From Octopus sinensis (lineage: Eukaryota): 64,000 bases of DNA. The position numbers were made by a program, and so were the translations under genes. Under the pieces are notes generated by a model. The model was given only the letters and a program-made list of their open reading frames with translations. It had not been told where the DNA came from and did not search any database. Position 1 is the stretch's first letter. Each line of letters begins with the position of its first letter. Below are positions 13,729-28,040 of this stretch, piece by piece. The stretch covers positions 42,222,001 through 42,286,000 of the forward strand of contig NC_043003.1 of the NCBI RefSeq assembly GCF_006345805.1, in the 5' to 3' direction.

Positions 13729-14829
13729 ATATACACTGCATACGCATTCATACGCAATATTTATACACACATATTACACATACATACATATATACACACA
13801 AACATGCACGACACACAGCACACACGCCTACATACACACACATACACACGGCACACCTACATAAAACATGGTTCTCATCATATACATCATACACTATAGC
13901 TACATGGTACGCCGCACATTTATAGACATAGGAGCTGCATTGATTACGATTATACATACACACACGTTACACCCATACACATACAGACTCAAACATACAG
14001 ACACACTCACACACATTACACACACACACACACTCACACACACACACATACACATCCACACACACGTACACCTACACACACACACCATCACACACACGGA
14101 CATACATCTATATACTCACATATTATAGAGGACATCAGACATTATACTAGCACATATCGCAGGCTACGCACGCGCCGGTTCGCGTTACGCATACGCTATC
14201 GAGGCGCAGATCCGGTCCACCGTAATCGAACCGCCTCGCGGAACCACTCTTCCATTTCCTACTGGAGTTTTCCAATTCGTTCAACGCGCACACATATACA
14301 CACAGCATACATTACTCTTCACACATTCAATCTAGCCATTTTACCACACGACAATGGACTTACTAAAAATGGCACGCTTACGTCCCCTTATCTTACTACT
14401 GACCTTTGTCTGCTAAGATGACTATTACCTCAACGACAGACGCCTGAATGTCATCTCGCCTATACAATACCGCACACATCACACATACACTAGCTTAACC
14501 TGTATTTAAAACCCACTCTGCGTAAACATCAATGCAAGCAAACACATGTTGGTGAGTTTCTATATATTCCGACATCGCTCGGTATATGCTTAACCTATTT
14601 TTACTGAATGTTCCATTTTTTTCCCGGGAATTATAGGATAATAATTAATTTTCGAGAATTAGATACAAATTTAGTATATCTATTCAACACAATCATATAG
14701 TGACACCTCTTATATTTATTTTATATTATGTATATTATATATAAGAGACACACGTATACGAAAAGCTGGTTCTCTAGCATATAGATATATAATATATTAT
14801 TCAAATTATAGACTATACACACACACATA

Positions 14830-14885
<56 letters not shown>

Positions 14886-15421
14886 ATATATATATACATA
14901 TACATACATACATACAGTACATATATTTATATGCACTGCACGTGTTAAACATTATTTCATTTTAAAGACAAGTTTATTCTGAAAATTAGCATAGAAGTTA
15001 GCATACGGCAACGGATAAGCTAGGTATAAAAACAAATTAATCTCTTAAGCGTGTTTTCTTTTTTGTTGTTGTTTTTTCTAATGATGACATACTAATTTTC
15101 AAAAACCTCTTTTACTTTCCGATCTTCATATTAGTTAGGAATGTTGTCATACATATGGTGTAGTATTTCAGCATTTGTATAGTTAAATGAATTTAGATGT
15201 AAGGAAAATGCTTACTCCTCTTGGATCATAATTATTCATATGCTTTCACATTTCTAATTCATGTGTAATTACACTGAATGGAAATGCCCTTTGAATACGT
15301 TATTCTCTTCGCTCATTCTTTGGTTATACTTAGTTTAGTAATAAAATGTGTTTGGCTTTAAAATGAGATTACAGAACGAGATTTCGTCTATGGTCCTTGC
15401 GATTCTTCCAAAAGTACTTAC

Positions 15422-15522
15422 GAGTCATTATCGACGTACATTGATACAACTCAGTCAGTGCATATCAACAGAAAAATACCACTGTGTATAGCATATGCAG
15501 GTACCACCAATACTGAGACTTC
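15422..15522 (-). other. Candidate non-coding exon (101 nt)
   Basis: tgtaatttcag acceptor and perfect gtaagt donor; stops in all three frames. Confidence 0.35.
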
Positions 15523-15643
15523 CTGAAATTACAATCAAATGATGTGTCTACGAATTATCTGGGCACATGCTTTTCTTTTTCTTCTCTGCGATATTTAGTC
15601 TCCTTGCTTTAATGAAATGGTCAATCTTCATAAAGAAGGACAT

Positions 15644-15960
15644 CATCATCATCATCATCATCATAATCATCATCATCATTATTATTCATTTAATCCAGTT
15701 TTTCTTGAAAGTCCTGGAGTCTTGCTAACTGTAGGCCTACAGTACCATGCTATCTACTCTCTTAAAATATCCAATATTTTCCTGCTGATTCTGGCCCTGC
15801 AAAGGAAGCAAACCTCTTGTAATAACTCTACTGGGCATTCTATTCCCATTTCCTCTATATTCTTCTCAATACCGCCTGATACATCTTGCAGGGTCCCAGG
15901 AATAATTTGCCCTGTCGTATTTACGAGGATATCAGCATTAACATCACCAAGAAGCAGGAT
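15644..15960 (-). mobile_element. 3' end of an R4/Dong-like (REL endonuclease) non-LTR retrotransposon
   Basis: Minus frame reads IIPGTLQDVSGGIEKNIEEMGIECPVELLQEVCFLCRARISRKILDILRE*, resembling the R4/Dong C-terminus (GALG..KxLEK.L..IGI.C.VELLQK..LLGTARI.RKVL). Short 3'UTR ends in an (AAT/GAT)n tract. Confidence 0.65.
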
Positions 15961-16591
15961 GAGTGACCACGTTGAGGGGACGTGGCTATTATGATGATAT
16001 TGCTGTAGATGGTCTAAGATATTATATCTGATGTAGATATCTATGGCTGCTGAACGTACAGAAGTTAATCTCTATGTTCATTGTATTATTTGTGGTTGTG
16101 CGGTTATGGCAGCACAGGATGTATTCTGACATTCTTTTGCAGTTTTCTTGTGACAAGAGGAAACCCTTAACAATAACAACACATACTAAATAATGAGATT
16201 AACAAAACACCAGATCAAACACATAAATAAAACCCAAATTAAATAGATGAAAATAGTAACAAAAAATACATATATCTTTAGTAATGTCTTTCGGCAGAAG
16301 CACAAAGGGACAGAATTGAATCTGCCACAGAAAGTCACAGCAGGAAAAGAAGAATAAAATAAAGAAAAAGCTAATATGAATAAATTCCTATAAGACATCC
16401 TGTAACAAGAGTTGTTGATTCTTGTTTTTTTTTTTATTTGTTTGTTTCGTGTCTCTAATACTAAGAATTTTTTCGCAGATCATTCAAGGAAATTAAGTCA
16501 GATTTCTATAAATGATACTACGTTTGTAAAAATGTGTGTACATATGGCTGTTCATTTTTTTTCACTTTCCCTCCCTTCCTCTCTCCTTTCT

Positions 16592-16622
<31 letters not shown>

Positions 16623-16825
16623 TTCGTTCATTCTCGCTGTTTTTCACCCAAACAATACACAAAAACACCCACATATGTACATACATACGTACATACAAAC
16701 ATACGTATATACCGACAGCTAGACTGAGTGACACGCAGACAGACAGACATACGGATAAATAGATAAATATATAGATAGATATGTTCCTTTATTAGCCACA
16801 CAGGGCTGCACAGACAGACAGACAT

Positions 16826-16925
<100 letters not shown>

Positions 16926-17198
16926 TCATATACAGATGAGGAAATGGAATTGGTCAGAACTGATCTTTATATCTTTATAATTTCCGTTAAGAGTTGTCCA
17001 CAACTTTTCCATATATATATATAATACTGCAATATGCAAGATATTTTTAGAAGAAACTCCTTCCACTAACACCGAATGAAGAACCTAGTGGGCGAAATTG
17101 TATCTCGATACGAAGGATGTGGAAGAAAACTAAGATACTCACACATGCACATACGTATTTATGGAGAAACAATCACGTATATATGTGCTTCTATCTAT

Positions 17199-17277
<79 letters not shown>

Positions 17278-17390
17278 CGTAAAAAAAAGTGTTACTGTCT
17301 GGGAGATTTTTATGGCCGTAGAAAAGGTATTTTAACTTCTGTTTCAAAATTCGGTGCGTGGCGAAGCAATTAGCCGACCCTTGATTACAA

Positions 17391-17790
17391 GAAACGTTAG
17401 CACGCCTGGCGAAATGCTTAGCGGTATTTCGTCTGCCGTTACGCTCTGAGTTCAAATTCCGCCGAGGTCGACTTTGCCTTTCATCCTTTCAGGGTCGATA
17501 AATTAAGTACCAGTTACGCACTGGGGTCGATATAATCGACTTAATCCGTTTGTCTGTCCTTGCTTGTCCCCTCTGTATTTAGCCCCTTGTGGGTAGTAAA
17601 GAAATAGGTATTTCGTCTACCGCTACGTTCTGAGTTCAAATTCCGCCGAGGTCGACTTTGCCTTTCATCCTTTCGGGGTCAATTAAATACGCACCAGGTA
17701 CGCACTGGGGTGGATGTAATCGACTTAATCCCTTTGTCTGTCTTTGGTTGTCTCCTCTATGTTTAGCCCCTTGTGGGCAATAAAAAATAA
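17391..17790 (+). mobile_element. SINE family A, head-to-tail dimer
   Basis: tRNA-like head with B box GAGTTCAAATTCC; core GCCTTTCATCCTTTCGGGGTCGATAAATTAAGTACCAG. Second unit starts at 17607 (period 184 bp). Confidence 0.9.
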
Positions 17791-18195
17791 AATTATAGAA
17801 TATTTGTATCTGCCTGTCTGTCTGTCTGTCTATCTATCTACCTGCGTGTCTGCTTATCTATCTACATACACACGCACATGCCTACATACATGCCTACATA
17901 CATCCATCCATCCATCCATACATACATGCATACATACATACATACATACATACATACATGCATCCATGCATGCATGCATACATGCATACATACATACATA
18001 CATACATACATACATACATACATACATACATACATAAACAGACACTCCCCGACACACACGTCTGTATATAGGGTTAGGGTTAATAGAATAAAAGATGACA
18101 AAGGAATAAACGATATTCCTTTGTCTGTTTTCCTATCGCTGTGTACTCGACTAACGCCTCGTTCACGAGCATATTTAATTAAGTTCTTCACCAGG

Positions 18196-18252
<57 letters not shown>

Positions 18253-19544
18253 TATATTATATCTATAATTGCACATATTATATTATATATGTTGTTTTAT
18301 ATATGTATATATGTGTGTGTTTGTTGTTATATATATATATATATATATTTCATGCATGCATAAATTTATCAAAGCACACACACGCACACTCATACACACA
18401 CACTCACACACACATATTGCTCGATACCCATCAGTCACATATCCTTTCTTACTTTTTTCGATGTTAATGATTCTGTCAGCTTGCCCTCTTTCTTGTTCGA
18501 AATGTTGAATGCTTACAGAGAAGGCAGTCCGCATCCAAATATCTGGACAGGCAAATAATACCTTTCCATCATTTTTTCGTTTTTTTTTTTTCTTGCAACG
18601 TTTTAGGTAAGTCAATGATAACGCTTGCATCCAGTCTCACTGTCTTCACCGTACTTCTTATTGAGTTAATTTATCATTTTAAAACGAATGAACCCACCCC
18701 TAATCCAAACCAATTCTCTTTCCTAATAACCTTTATTTGCTGCACGTGCAGCCTTTAACTCACTGAAAATTCTTTGAGCCTTTCTCTGCAGTAAATGAAG
18801 ACTAAAAGGCGTATTAAGCTAATTTTGATCTCCTAACAAATAGCCTGTAGCCTTTCCATTTCAGTAATTAAACCAATGCGTTGCTTAGAGATATTATTAG
18901 TTCTCATCGGATCAGAGCCTTTTATATGCTCCATTATTCTCACTTTGTCCTTTAAAATTGTGCCGGTGATCGACCGACTGTATCCTAGATGTTTTCCAAT
19001 ATTCGTTGAAGTTTTACCTCGCTGTAATCTTTATATTCGTTTCTACTTAAAATATCAATCGTTATTATGTTTTTATTTTTATTTAATGAATAGCCGTCAC
19101 TTGCATCGGTTTTATGCATTGCAAGCATGATTAGTAGGATAAACACAAGGAAATATTAAAGAAAAACACGTATAACACGAACAACAGTTTTTTCGTGATC
19201 TAAGAAATATTGGTGATGGTGTAATTTTATTATTCCACGAGTCGACGAACTGCTGAAAGCGTTTCCGGTTTGTGTGTGCTGCAGAGAGGTTCGTTTCTTC
19301 GTTATTGGGAACCAGTATATGTGAGTAGATAGAATTTATAGGGGACGGGTCGTAAACCGGGCATTCTAAAGACTAGATTACCTGCTTTTAAATACATACC
19401 TACAACCAATCAAAATGATTTGGAGATATACACAAAATTTTTTTATGCTGGATAATTTAATATTTCTACAGTGCAAAAAACGAATAAACGGAATTGAGAA
19501 TAACAACAAAATATATTCTACATCTGCAAGAAGATCATTTCTTA

Positions 19545-19708
19545 TATATGGGCGTGGGTGTGTGGAAAGAAGCTTGCTTCTCAACCAAATGTTTCCGGAT
19601 CCAGTCCCACTGCGTGATACCTTACGCAAGTGTCTTCTACTATAGCCTCTGGCCAATCAAAGACTTGTGAGTAGATTTGATAGACGGAAAATGAAAAAAA
19701 CCCGACGA

Positions 19709-19739
<31 letters not shown>

Positions 19740-19970
19740 TGTGTATGTGTGTGAGTGTGTTGTGTGTGTGTGTGTATGCTTTTCTCTTTGTGTCTGTGTT
19801 TGTCTCACCGCCACCATCACTTGACGGCTTCAGAACTGATGTTGGTATGTTTACATCCCCGTAACTTAGTGCTTCGGTAAAAGAAATCGATAGAATAAAT
19901 ACTAGGCTTACAAATAATAAGTCATGGGGTGGATTTCTTCGAATAAAAGCCCTTCAAGTTGGTGCCCCAC
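19545..19970 (+). mobile_element. SINE family B, full organisation
   Basis: Head GGTGTGTGGAAAGAAGCTTGCTTCTCAACC...CCGGATCCAGTCCCACTG, CORE-like CCTTACGCAAGTGTCTTCTACTATAGCC, internal (TA)n(TG)n, tail as at 9965. Confidence 0.8.
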
Positions 19971-20006
19971 TTAGATAGATAGACAGATATACAGACAGTC
20001 AGAGAC

Positions 20007-20067
<61 letters not shown>

Positions 20068-20314
20068 CAGATAGATAGATGATAGATACACAAAAGCAAT
20101 CGCATATGCATACAGGGACTAAAATATGCACACGCAAAGTATGATAATATGAAAATGCCTAACTAAATTTAAATATCATATATTTGTAAATATACTGAGT
20201 TCGGTAGTTTCATTTACTGAGATTATTCATGCATTCGTAAGTAGGCTTGTGGGTGTGTGGGTATGTGAATATGTGTGTTTGTGGGTGTGCCTCTGTGGCT
20301 GTGCACCACTGTGA

Positions 20315-20430
<116 letters not shown>

Positions 20431-20910
20431 TGTGTGCGTGCGTTCATGCGCCCTGAGGTTAAACACCAATTCTCCTGTTACCAGGAAAAACTAGTCATTC
20501 GAGATCCTGCAATAACTGTGACAATTTTTAGCCGTCCTAAATCATGTGCTTAAAAGTATTTCAGCTCATCGCTCTCAAAGCCTGCAAAACAGCTTTTATG
20601 AGACAATACAAGTTGACTTTCAAATCCTAAGTATCCAACTAAAAAAAAAAATAGATAAATAAAAGACGAAACAATTATACGTGAATGCATGTATGCATGG
20701 TGTGTGAGGTTAAGTGTGCATTAGTGTGTGAGCGTGTGTATAATAAGTAATGCATAACGGCATGTTTATTCATGCATAACAATCTTTTATGTAGCCATTG
20801 AGACGGTGAGATCTATTTGCAACGAAGCTATTCAGCGTCGGTCAAGAGGAACAACTAACCTCTGAATCATGTCTTTGTCATTTTTTTAAATGTTGTTGCT
20901 GTGTTTAGCT

Positions 20911-20944
<34 letters not shown>

Positions 20945-21070
20945 CTGTTGTTGTAGTTGTTGTTGTTGTTGTAGTACCCTATTGTATTTTATATGCCCTC
21001 CAGAAATATATTCAGTATATTCAGTTTTCACAAATGAAAAATGATAAGTAAATGACGACATTAATAATAA

Positions 21071-21141
<71 letters not shown>

Positions 21142-21399
21142 GAGAAGAAGAAGAAGAAGAAGAAGAAGAACAACAACAACAACAACAACAACAATAACAA
21201 CAACAACAACAAACCCGTTGATTTGTTACAAGGGCATCAGATGGGTGGGACGTTACAAGGACAGTTTCAAATTTATGTGGGATTTTACACACAAGATGAG
21301 GAGAAGAAAGCGAGAAGAAGGAGAGATGAGATGGAAAGTATACATAGTATACAAAATATAAGAATGTGTGTATGATACAGTCCTAAAGCGGGAGACACT

Positions 21400-22360
21400 G
21401 TGACTAGGCCTAAACAAGGAACACCAGATAAAAAATCCCCCTTGATCACCTAAATTTGGCCGGACTGCTCTTCTGCAATCTACAGGTGCATAGTAAATCC
21501 ATTCGTCTCAACCATCTTCAGCTTCCAACTTTTTGAGAAAGCCGTTGTGAGAGAGCATTTTCTTCTCCGCCCTCACTTCTCCTTTTAAGTGGAACTTTAA
21601 AACTAAGTCAATACTTGACCGAGGAGTAAAGTGTCAATCGTGAATCCTTTCATAATTGCTCACTGCACAGCCTCTTTCACCAAAGCTATTAGAGAGAAGA
21701 ATACTGCCGCCTCTGTATTGTTAAAGACGTGTTGGACTGGCTGTCGGCTGATACCCGGAATCGTTGTCCCCCTCGATAACTCCCCAATGCTCGGACTCCG
21801 TACGTGTGTATACAGTATGGTGTCATCACTAGAGGTGGTCTTGTACCACTAGTGTCTTTCGGTGACACAGTCAGGCGAATATTTCCGGAAATTATCGATG
21901 AGTTCTGACCTGATACTCCCCCGGAAAAGAGTAGCAATTTGATTCTCTACGCCATCCAGAATCTTTCTAAATGATGACTTTGGCAAAGCACGACGATCAA
22001 GCGGTAAATTATTATGAGGGTGAATAGAGATTCGACACTTCTGTACTATCTATCAGGGATGGGATCCACTCAGTTCAATTAGGAGTACAAGTAGCCAGCG
22101 TACTTATAAAATCATCCTAGGTTCTGTCTACCTGGATGTCAGAACCAAACCATACCAGAGCAATATAACCGGTCTATTCGTCTAGCGATCTACTTATCTC
22201 TCCAGGCCCGCCGACTGGACCGTGTTTATCATTGTTCTTGCTATCTCTTGGTATTTCTCAGAAAAGCCATACAATACTATTGAGGATTTTAGAAAAGTAT
22301 AATCGAAAATATAAGGATGACTTCCTAAATTTGAAATGGGTTTGGAACAGAACATTCTAG
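21400..22360 (-). mobile_element. Degenerate Tx1-like (L1 group) LINE ORF2 3' fragment
   Basis: Broken minus-strand peptides FNNTEAAVFFSLIALVKEAVQ*AIMKGFTIDTLLLGQ and GEVRAEKKMLSHNGFLKK resemble Tx1-type ORF2 C-termini as I recall them. Higher GC than the flanks; many stops and frameshifts. Confidence 0.5.
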
Positions 22361-22559
22361 AAAATGGAACAAAACAAAAAAGAAAGAAATACAGCAAAAA
22401 TCCTGTGGGAGCTTATTGAAATATGAGAAAGATATAAAATCTGAACTCGCTTAATTATTGCGTTTTCGGGACGAGACTACTCGGGAAGTATAGTAAACTA
22501 AATCACTTCCATTATATCAAAATAACTTTCAGTGAAGAATATGAGTCTATACAATGGCG

Positions 22560-22875
22560 TTATCCTCTTTGGCTATGTGGTATTGGGTTCACGATCATGA
22601 ATTCAGTACCTGGTGGTGGGTTGAGTCCTTGCGCAAGACTCTTTAAATTTCACGTTTCTCCTGTCCACTCAGTTGAGGGGGAAAATGAATAATATATGAA
22701 ATTCAATCGGCAGGCATTGTCATATTCTGAGTCATGCCGAATCTCCATGATTACTTTCTTAACAGTACGCATGTCTGTGAAGTGCTCAGCCACTTACACA
22801 TTAATTTCATGAGCAGACTCTTCCGTTGATCGAATCAACTAGAACCCTTGTCATTACAACCAACGGAGGGCTAAT
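22560..22875 (+). mobile_element. Older SINE sharing the family D tail
   Basis: GTGCTCAGCCACTTACACATTAATTTCATGAGCAGACTCTTCCGTTGATCGAATCAAC matches about 40578-40635. Confidence 0.7.
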
Positions 22876-23490
22876 ACCCATGTGCCACAAAAGAATATTA
22901 AAGTGCTGTAACTCTGGTAGTAATCAACATTATAAATATCAATAAAATTTGAACTCGCTTATAAACATAGGAAATTAGATACCAGGTCTTTACTGATTCT
23001 TTCGATCTACCACTGATTAGTAATATGTATTAGTCGCGATATGTACAACTGAAGAATGGCTAAGGATCGAATCCCAAAAGCAGCGGATAACATACCACGG
23101 GGTGTCTGTGTTAGAATTCATTGCGTTACTAGTTCGAATCCGTCGTGGTTTGCTTCAGCGATCATTTTTTGTTCGTTGATAAAATAATCATTACTCAATT
23201 ACTGGAGTCTATATAATTGACTCTTCTCTACGCATATACGAGAACTAAATATTTAGAACAACAATGCTGAGGGTAAGTAAAATAGTAAGTATAATGATAG
23301 TGATAATAAAGATGACGCCGACAGCACCGAAGGCGACAACAACGAACACGACAACGATGATATTGAAAGCAAGGATGTTTACGACGGTCATGATGTTTAC
23401 AGAAATAATATGAAATGAAATATGAATGGTTGTGATGATGGACTTGTTGTAATGAAATTTTGTATTTAAATCGATATGAAAGAAACTAAC

Positions 23491-23553
23491 GTAAAAGCTG
23501 AGCAATTTGGGAGAATTCAGGCACAAAAATTCCACTGCCTAAAACGGTTGGCG
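23491..23553 (-). other. Candidate exon (63 nt)
   Basis: ctgttttgcttttag acceptor, gttagt donor; one open frame PTVLGSGIFVPEFSQIAQLL. Confidence 0.35.
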
Positions 23554-23586
23554 CTAAAAGCAAAACAGATACATAGATAGATAGTA

Positions 23587-23626
<40 letters not shown>

Positions 23627-23744
23627 CAGAGAGAAAGACAGTGAGGACATGAAAATGAGACAGCAACGTTACCAGAGAAGGTCTACATGTATATCTGAGA
23701 GATATTATATATGTACACATATATACATACATATATACACAAAT

Positions 23745-23793
<49 letters not shown>

Positions 23794-24544
23794 CAAACAC
23801 ATAATTTACGTAAATGCATACACACACACACACACACTGAGAGAGTAGTAGAAAGGGAAAGGGTAAGAATGTAGGCAAGAGAGAGAAAGATGGGATGGAA
23901 AGAATTTACAGGTCTCCTTTCCTTCTTTCTTTCGTTCGTTCGTTCTTACTCTCCCTCTTTCTTTCTTTCATTTTCTAATTATTATTATTAATTTAATGTG
24001 CTGCTTTAATATGCTCTTTTTTTCTGTCTGGCGCCGATATCAAATAAATATTCGTGGTTGATATAGCAATAGATGTAGTCTAAGTGAAATTTTCTCTTTT
24101 GTCTGTAGACTAATAATCTTTAGTATTATTGATATTAGAGTAATAACAATGATGATGATGATGATGATCGTCATCATCATCACCGTCATCGTTATTATCA
24201 TCATCATCATTCTCACCATCAACATCCTCATCATTACATCAGGCGGGCGTCAATCAGACATTTGGTGTCATATTCCACATTGATCCCAGCATTTGTTGAA
24301 TTCGCCATGGTTTCCATTTTTCTCTTTGATTGATTTATTAATAAATCAGGGAAATTTCAGAATGCTCCGCAAAAGTTACTAAAATAGTTGAAATATCGTT
24401 CGTGGGGAAAAAACAAAGGGCTTCATTTCGTTGTGTTTCCGGCTGTTTGAATCAAATAAACTATTTATACTTTACATCAAATACTGAGTACACTATCTTC
24501 AATTCGTTACGACAAACGTACTTACATATATGTCTGTATATATG

Positions 24545-24578
<34 letters not shown>

Positions 24579-24738
24579 ATATATATATAATATAATATAT
24601 ATATGAACAAGAGAGAGAGAGAGAGAGAGAGAGCGTTTATGAATTTGTGTTGCATGATTCCTGACGTTATGTCGAGTGTTGAACAAATATTGTTGAATTT
24701 GGGGTTGGTCATTTTATTTCATTTCATTTTTTTATTAA

Positions 24739-24781
<43 letters not shown>

Positions 24782-25442
24782 TTTATTTATTTATTTTATT
24801 TTATTTTTGGCCAAATAAACACACCCTCTATATATTACTGTTCTTATTTAACTCATGTGTATTGTCCCGAAATCTTTGGCAAAAACATTTTTTAAATGAC
24901 CATCCCGAAATACAACAATATTTAGATAGATAGATAGATATGAATGTGTGCGTGTGTGTGTGTGTGTGTGTGTTCAGATAAATATATAGATAGACAAACA
25001 GATAGGTAGAAACACACGTAAACAGTTACGTTATGCGATCAAGGGAAAGAGCGACAGAGCGAGAGAGAGAGAGAGGGACAGAGAGAAAGAGAGGGAGATA
25101 AAGAAAGAGAGAGAGAACGAGAAGGAGGCATAGAGAGAGAGAGAAAGAGAGAGGGACAGAGAGAGAGAGAGTCGTATGTTAACTTTTTCAAAGTGTTTCG
25201 TCTTCAATCAATTTTAAAAATCAAAGACTCAGTAGTACCATGAACAACGGGCCTTCTGGTATGTTATGATGAACACCACCCCCCCTTTATTTCGGATATT
25301 TCAAATCCCGCCAAATTTAATTCTGATAAACTAAGTACTACAGAAGAACTGCAGTGGATGATACCGACTAAACCCCCAACGCCTATAATTTCTGGCCTTG
25401 TGCTGAAATTAGAATCCACAGTTATTATTATGAAGATGGCTA

Positions 25443-25890
25443 AGGCAGCGAGCTGGCAGAGTTGTTAGCACGCTGGGTAAAATACTCTGTAGCAATTTGT
25501 CCGTCTTTATGTTCTGAGTTCAAATTCCACGTGGTCGACTTTGCCTTTCATCCTTCGGGATCGATAAAAATAAGTATCAATTGAATAGTGGGGTCGATGT
25601 GATCGTCGGTCCCCTACCCCAACATTTCAGGATTTGTGCCTATAGTAGAAAGGGTTATTATCAAGGCGGCTAGCTGCAGGACTGTTATTTCTTCTGACAA
25701 AATGCTAAGCCGCAGTCCTTCCCGCTCTTTACGTTCTAAGTTCAAAATTCAGCCTTGATCGATGTTACCTTCTGTCCTTGGTCGATGTTATTTCCTGTCG
25801 GAGTCGATAAAATAAGTACGAGTTGGGTACGAAGGACAATATTATTGGCCACCCTTTATTCCACTAAAATTCCTCGACTTACTCCAAAAT
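25443..25890 (+). mobile_element. SINE family A, two adjacent older monomers
   Basis: Two heads (AGGCAGCGAGCTGGCAGA at 25443; AAGGCGGCTAGCTGCAG at about 25663), each followed by a B box and a diverged core. Confidence 0.8.
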
Positions 25891-26476
25891 TTTAAACCAT
25901 TATCATTATTGTTACTGCGCTTAAATGTTCTTGCGATCCTCTTTCCCATCACCCTGAATGCGTTAGCTACTTATTTTTTTGTCATGTAGTGAAAATATAA
26001 AATTTGATTGGCATTGGCAATTGAAGCTGGCATAAATGGTTTCAATCTCACATTATTGCAGATAACTCCTACATTACCACCACAACCGATACGTATCATT
26101 AAGCACTTCATGTTCTAAAAGAACAGCTCGGCAAAATATATACATTAGCGCTAAGAGAATACAAAGTAGATAGATATAAAAGTAGATGTATAAAAATTTC
26201 ATGAAAATGAGGTGGGATTATATTTGAACGGTCTCCGTTGTGTAATAATGGCTTTTTCAGACACATATACAATCATGCAAATATCACTGACTCATTTAGC
26301 GTATACGCCCACATTTTATATATATCATATATAATACGCGCGCGCGTATGTGTGTACGTGTGTGTGTGCATCAGAGAGACAGGAGAAAGGGAGCGGGTTT
26401 GTGTGTTTATATGTTTTGGTACAGAAGGGTATACACCACATACACACACACACACACATTATATATATATATAATA

Positions 26477-26518
<42 letters not shown>

Positions 26519-27112
26519 TATATGATATATATATATATTATATATTATATATGATATATGAATATATATATATATATATATATATACAGCGGTTATTCTG
26601 TTTTGAGAGAGTTTATATGCGCGTACGGTGTGTCATTGTCTATATTTATCTATAAATACGTATATGGGAAAGGAACCCTTCAGCGGAATCATGACTCAAG
26701 ACATCTCCAATAATAATGAAATTAAATAATAAAAAAAAGCATGTCCTTCCTCCAATAAAACCAAAACAATGAGTATTTTACCCCGCCCCTGTCCCTCAAC
26801 CCCCAAAAGATAATATGAAAAATTAGTTTTCAAATAGACGGGAAATTTAAGCATTTAACAAATGACAAATGCATCTATGTGTGCCTGTGTGTGTGTGTGT
26901 GTAAGTATGTATGAATCTTTGTATCTATGTATATTATCATCATATGTGAAGATTTTAACATTAATAATTCATTCTATTGATATGTCTCAATTATATGAGA
27001 GCTTGTGTAGATATGTGTGCGCGTATGTCGTAGAGTGAATGTGAGGTCGCCTGTATGCGCACGCCCGTATGTGCGAGTACGAATGTGTGTGCACACACGG
27101 TCGTGTGTGTGT

Positions 27113-27146
<34 letters not shown>

Positions 27147-27887
27147 TGTGTGGACGGGAAATAATAGCTTAAAATGCTTTAAATGTTTTAAAATTCCTAA
27201 TATTATTGTAATTGTTATGTCGGGGAAGAAGTGGCAAATTCGGTAGAACTGTCAAATATAATTCTCTGTAGAATTAACTCGCACCACTTTTCTACAGAAA
27301 GTCGATTCAATCGCGTACACTCTCTTCGTTCATAATGCGGCGCCTTGTGTGAGTAATAATCGTCGTTGTTATTATGTTCAAATTCCTCACAGGTCGGCCT
27401 CGTCTTAAATTCTGGAGTCAATGAAATATCATATCTGCCAAACACAAGCGCCAACGTCATCGATTTTAACCAGTCTCTAAATTTAGTCCTTGTGCCTAGT
27501 TTAGAAATTAATTTTATAGTTTAATACAAAGATTAGCAGATTTTTGTTTTTGTTCTGTAGTAAACAGTGCAGCTGTACCTCCACGTCCACCATCTCTAGT
27601 TTCTTTGGGCGGCTTTTGATACATTTGAAAAGAGGTTAGCCCTTCAAACAATCTGTAGTGAGTGTGACGCCTATTCACGTCTCTTTTGCTGCTGAACGTC
27701 GCCGATTCTGATATAGAGAGTGCAACAGAGACACAAAAAGGATAAGAATCAATCTCAGAATTTTAGTGGTAATCTATTTATCGAATATTAACTGGATAAA
27801 CGGTAAGAGTTAATGGTAGGATTTCGAATCGGATATAACAGAGTCGGCAGAACCAGTTCAGAATAACTTTGTGAAAAGAGACAGGGC

Positions 27888-27931
<44 letters not shown>

Positions 27932-27934
27932 AAA

Positions 27935-28040
27935 AGACGATACCAGTATTTGACTGGTACTTTATCGATCACCAGAAAGACAAATGTCAAAATTGATATC
28001 GGGGAGATTTTAAACGCAGGGTAGAAGAGTTGGAACAATT
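27935..28040 (-). mobile_element. SINE family A fragment
   Basis: Diverged core ACTGGTACTTTATCGATC... Confidence 0.55.

Noticed and set aside
16186-16398. Hydrophobic 70-aa minus ORF preceded by an acceptor-like site
   Set aside because: Hydrophobicity follows from T-rich sequence (F/I/L codons); no motif and no donor.
18070-18083. Telomeric repeat GGGTTAGGGTTA
   Set aside because: Only two units; expected by chance.
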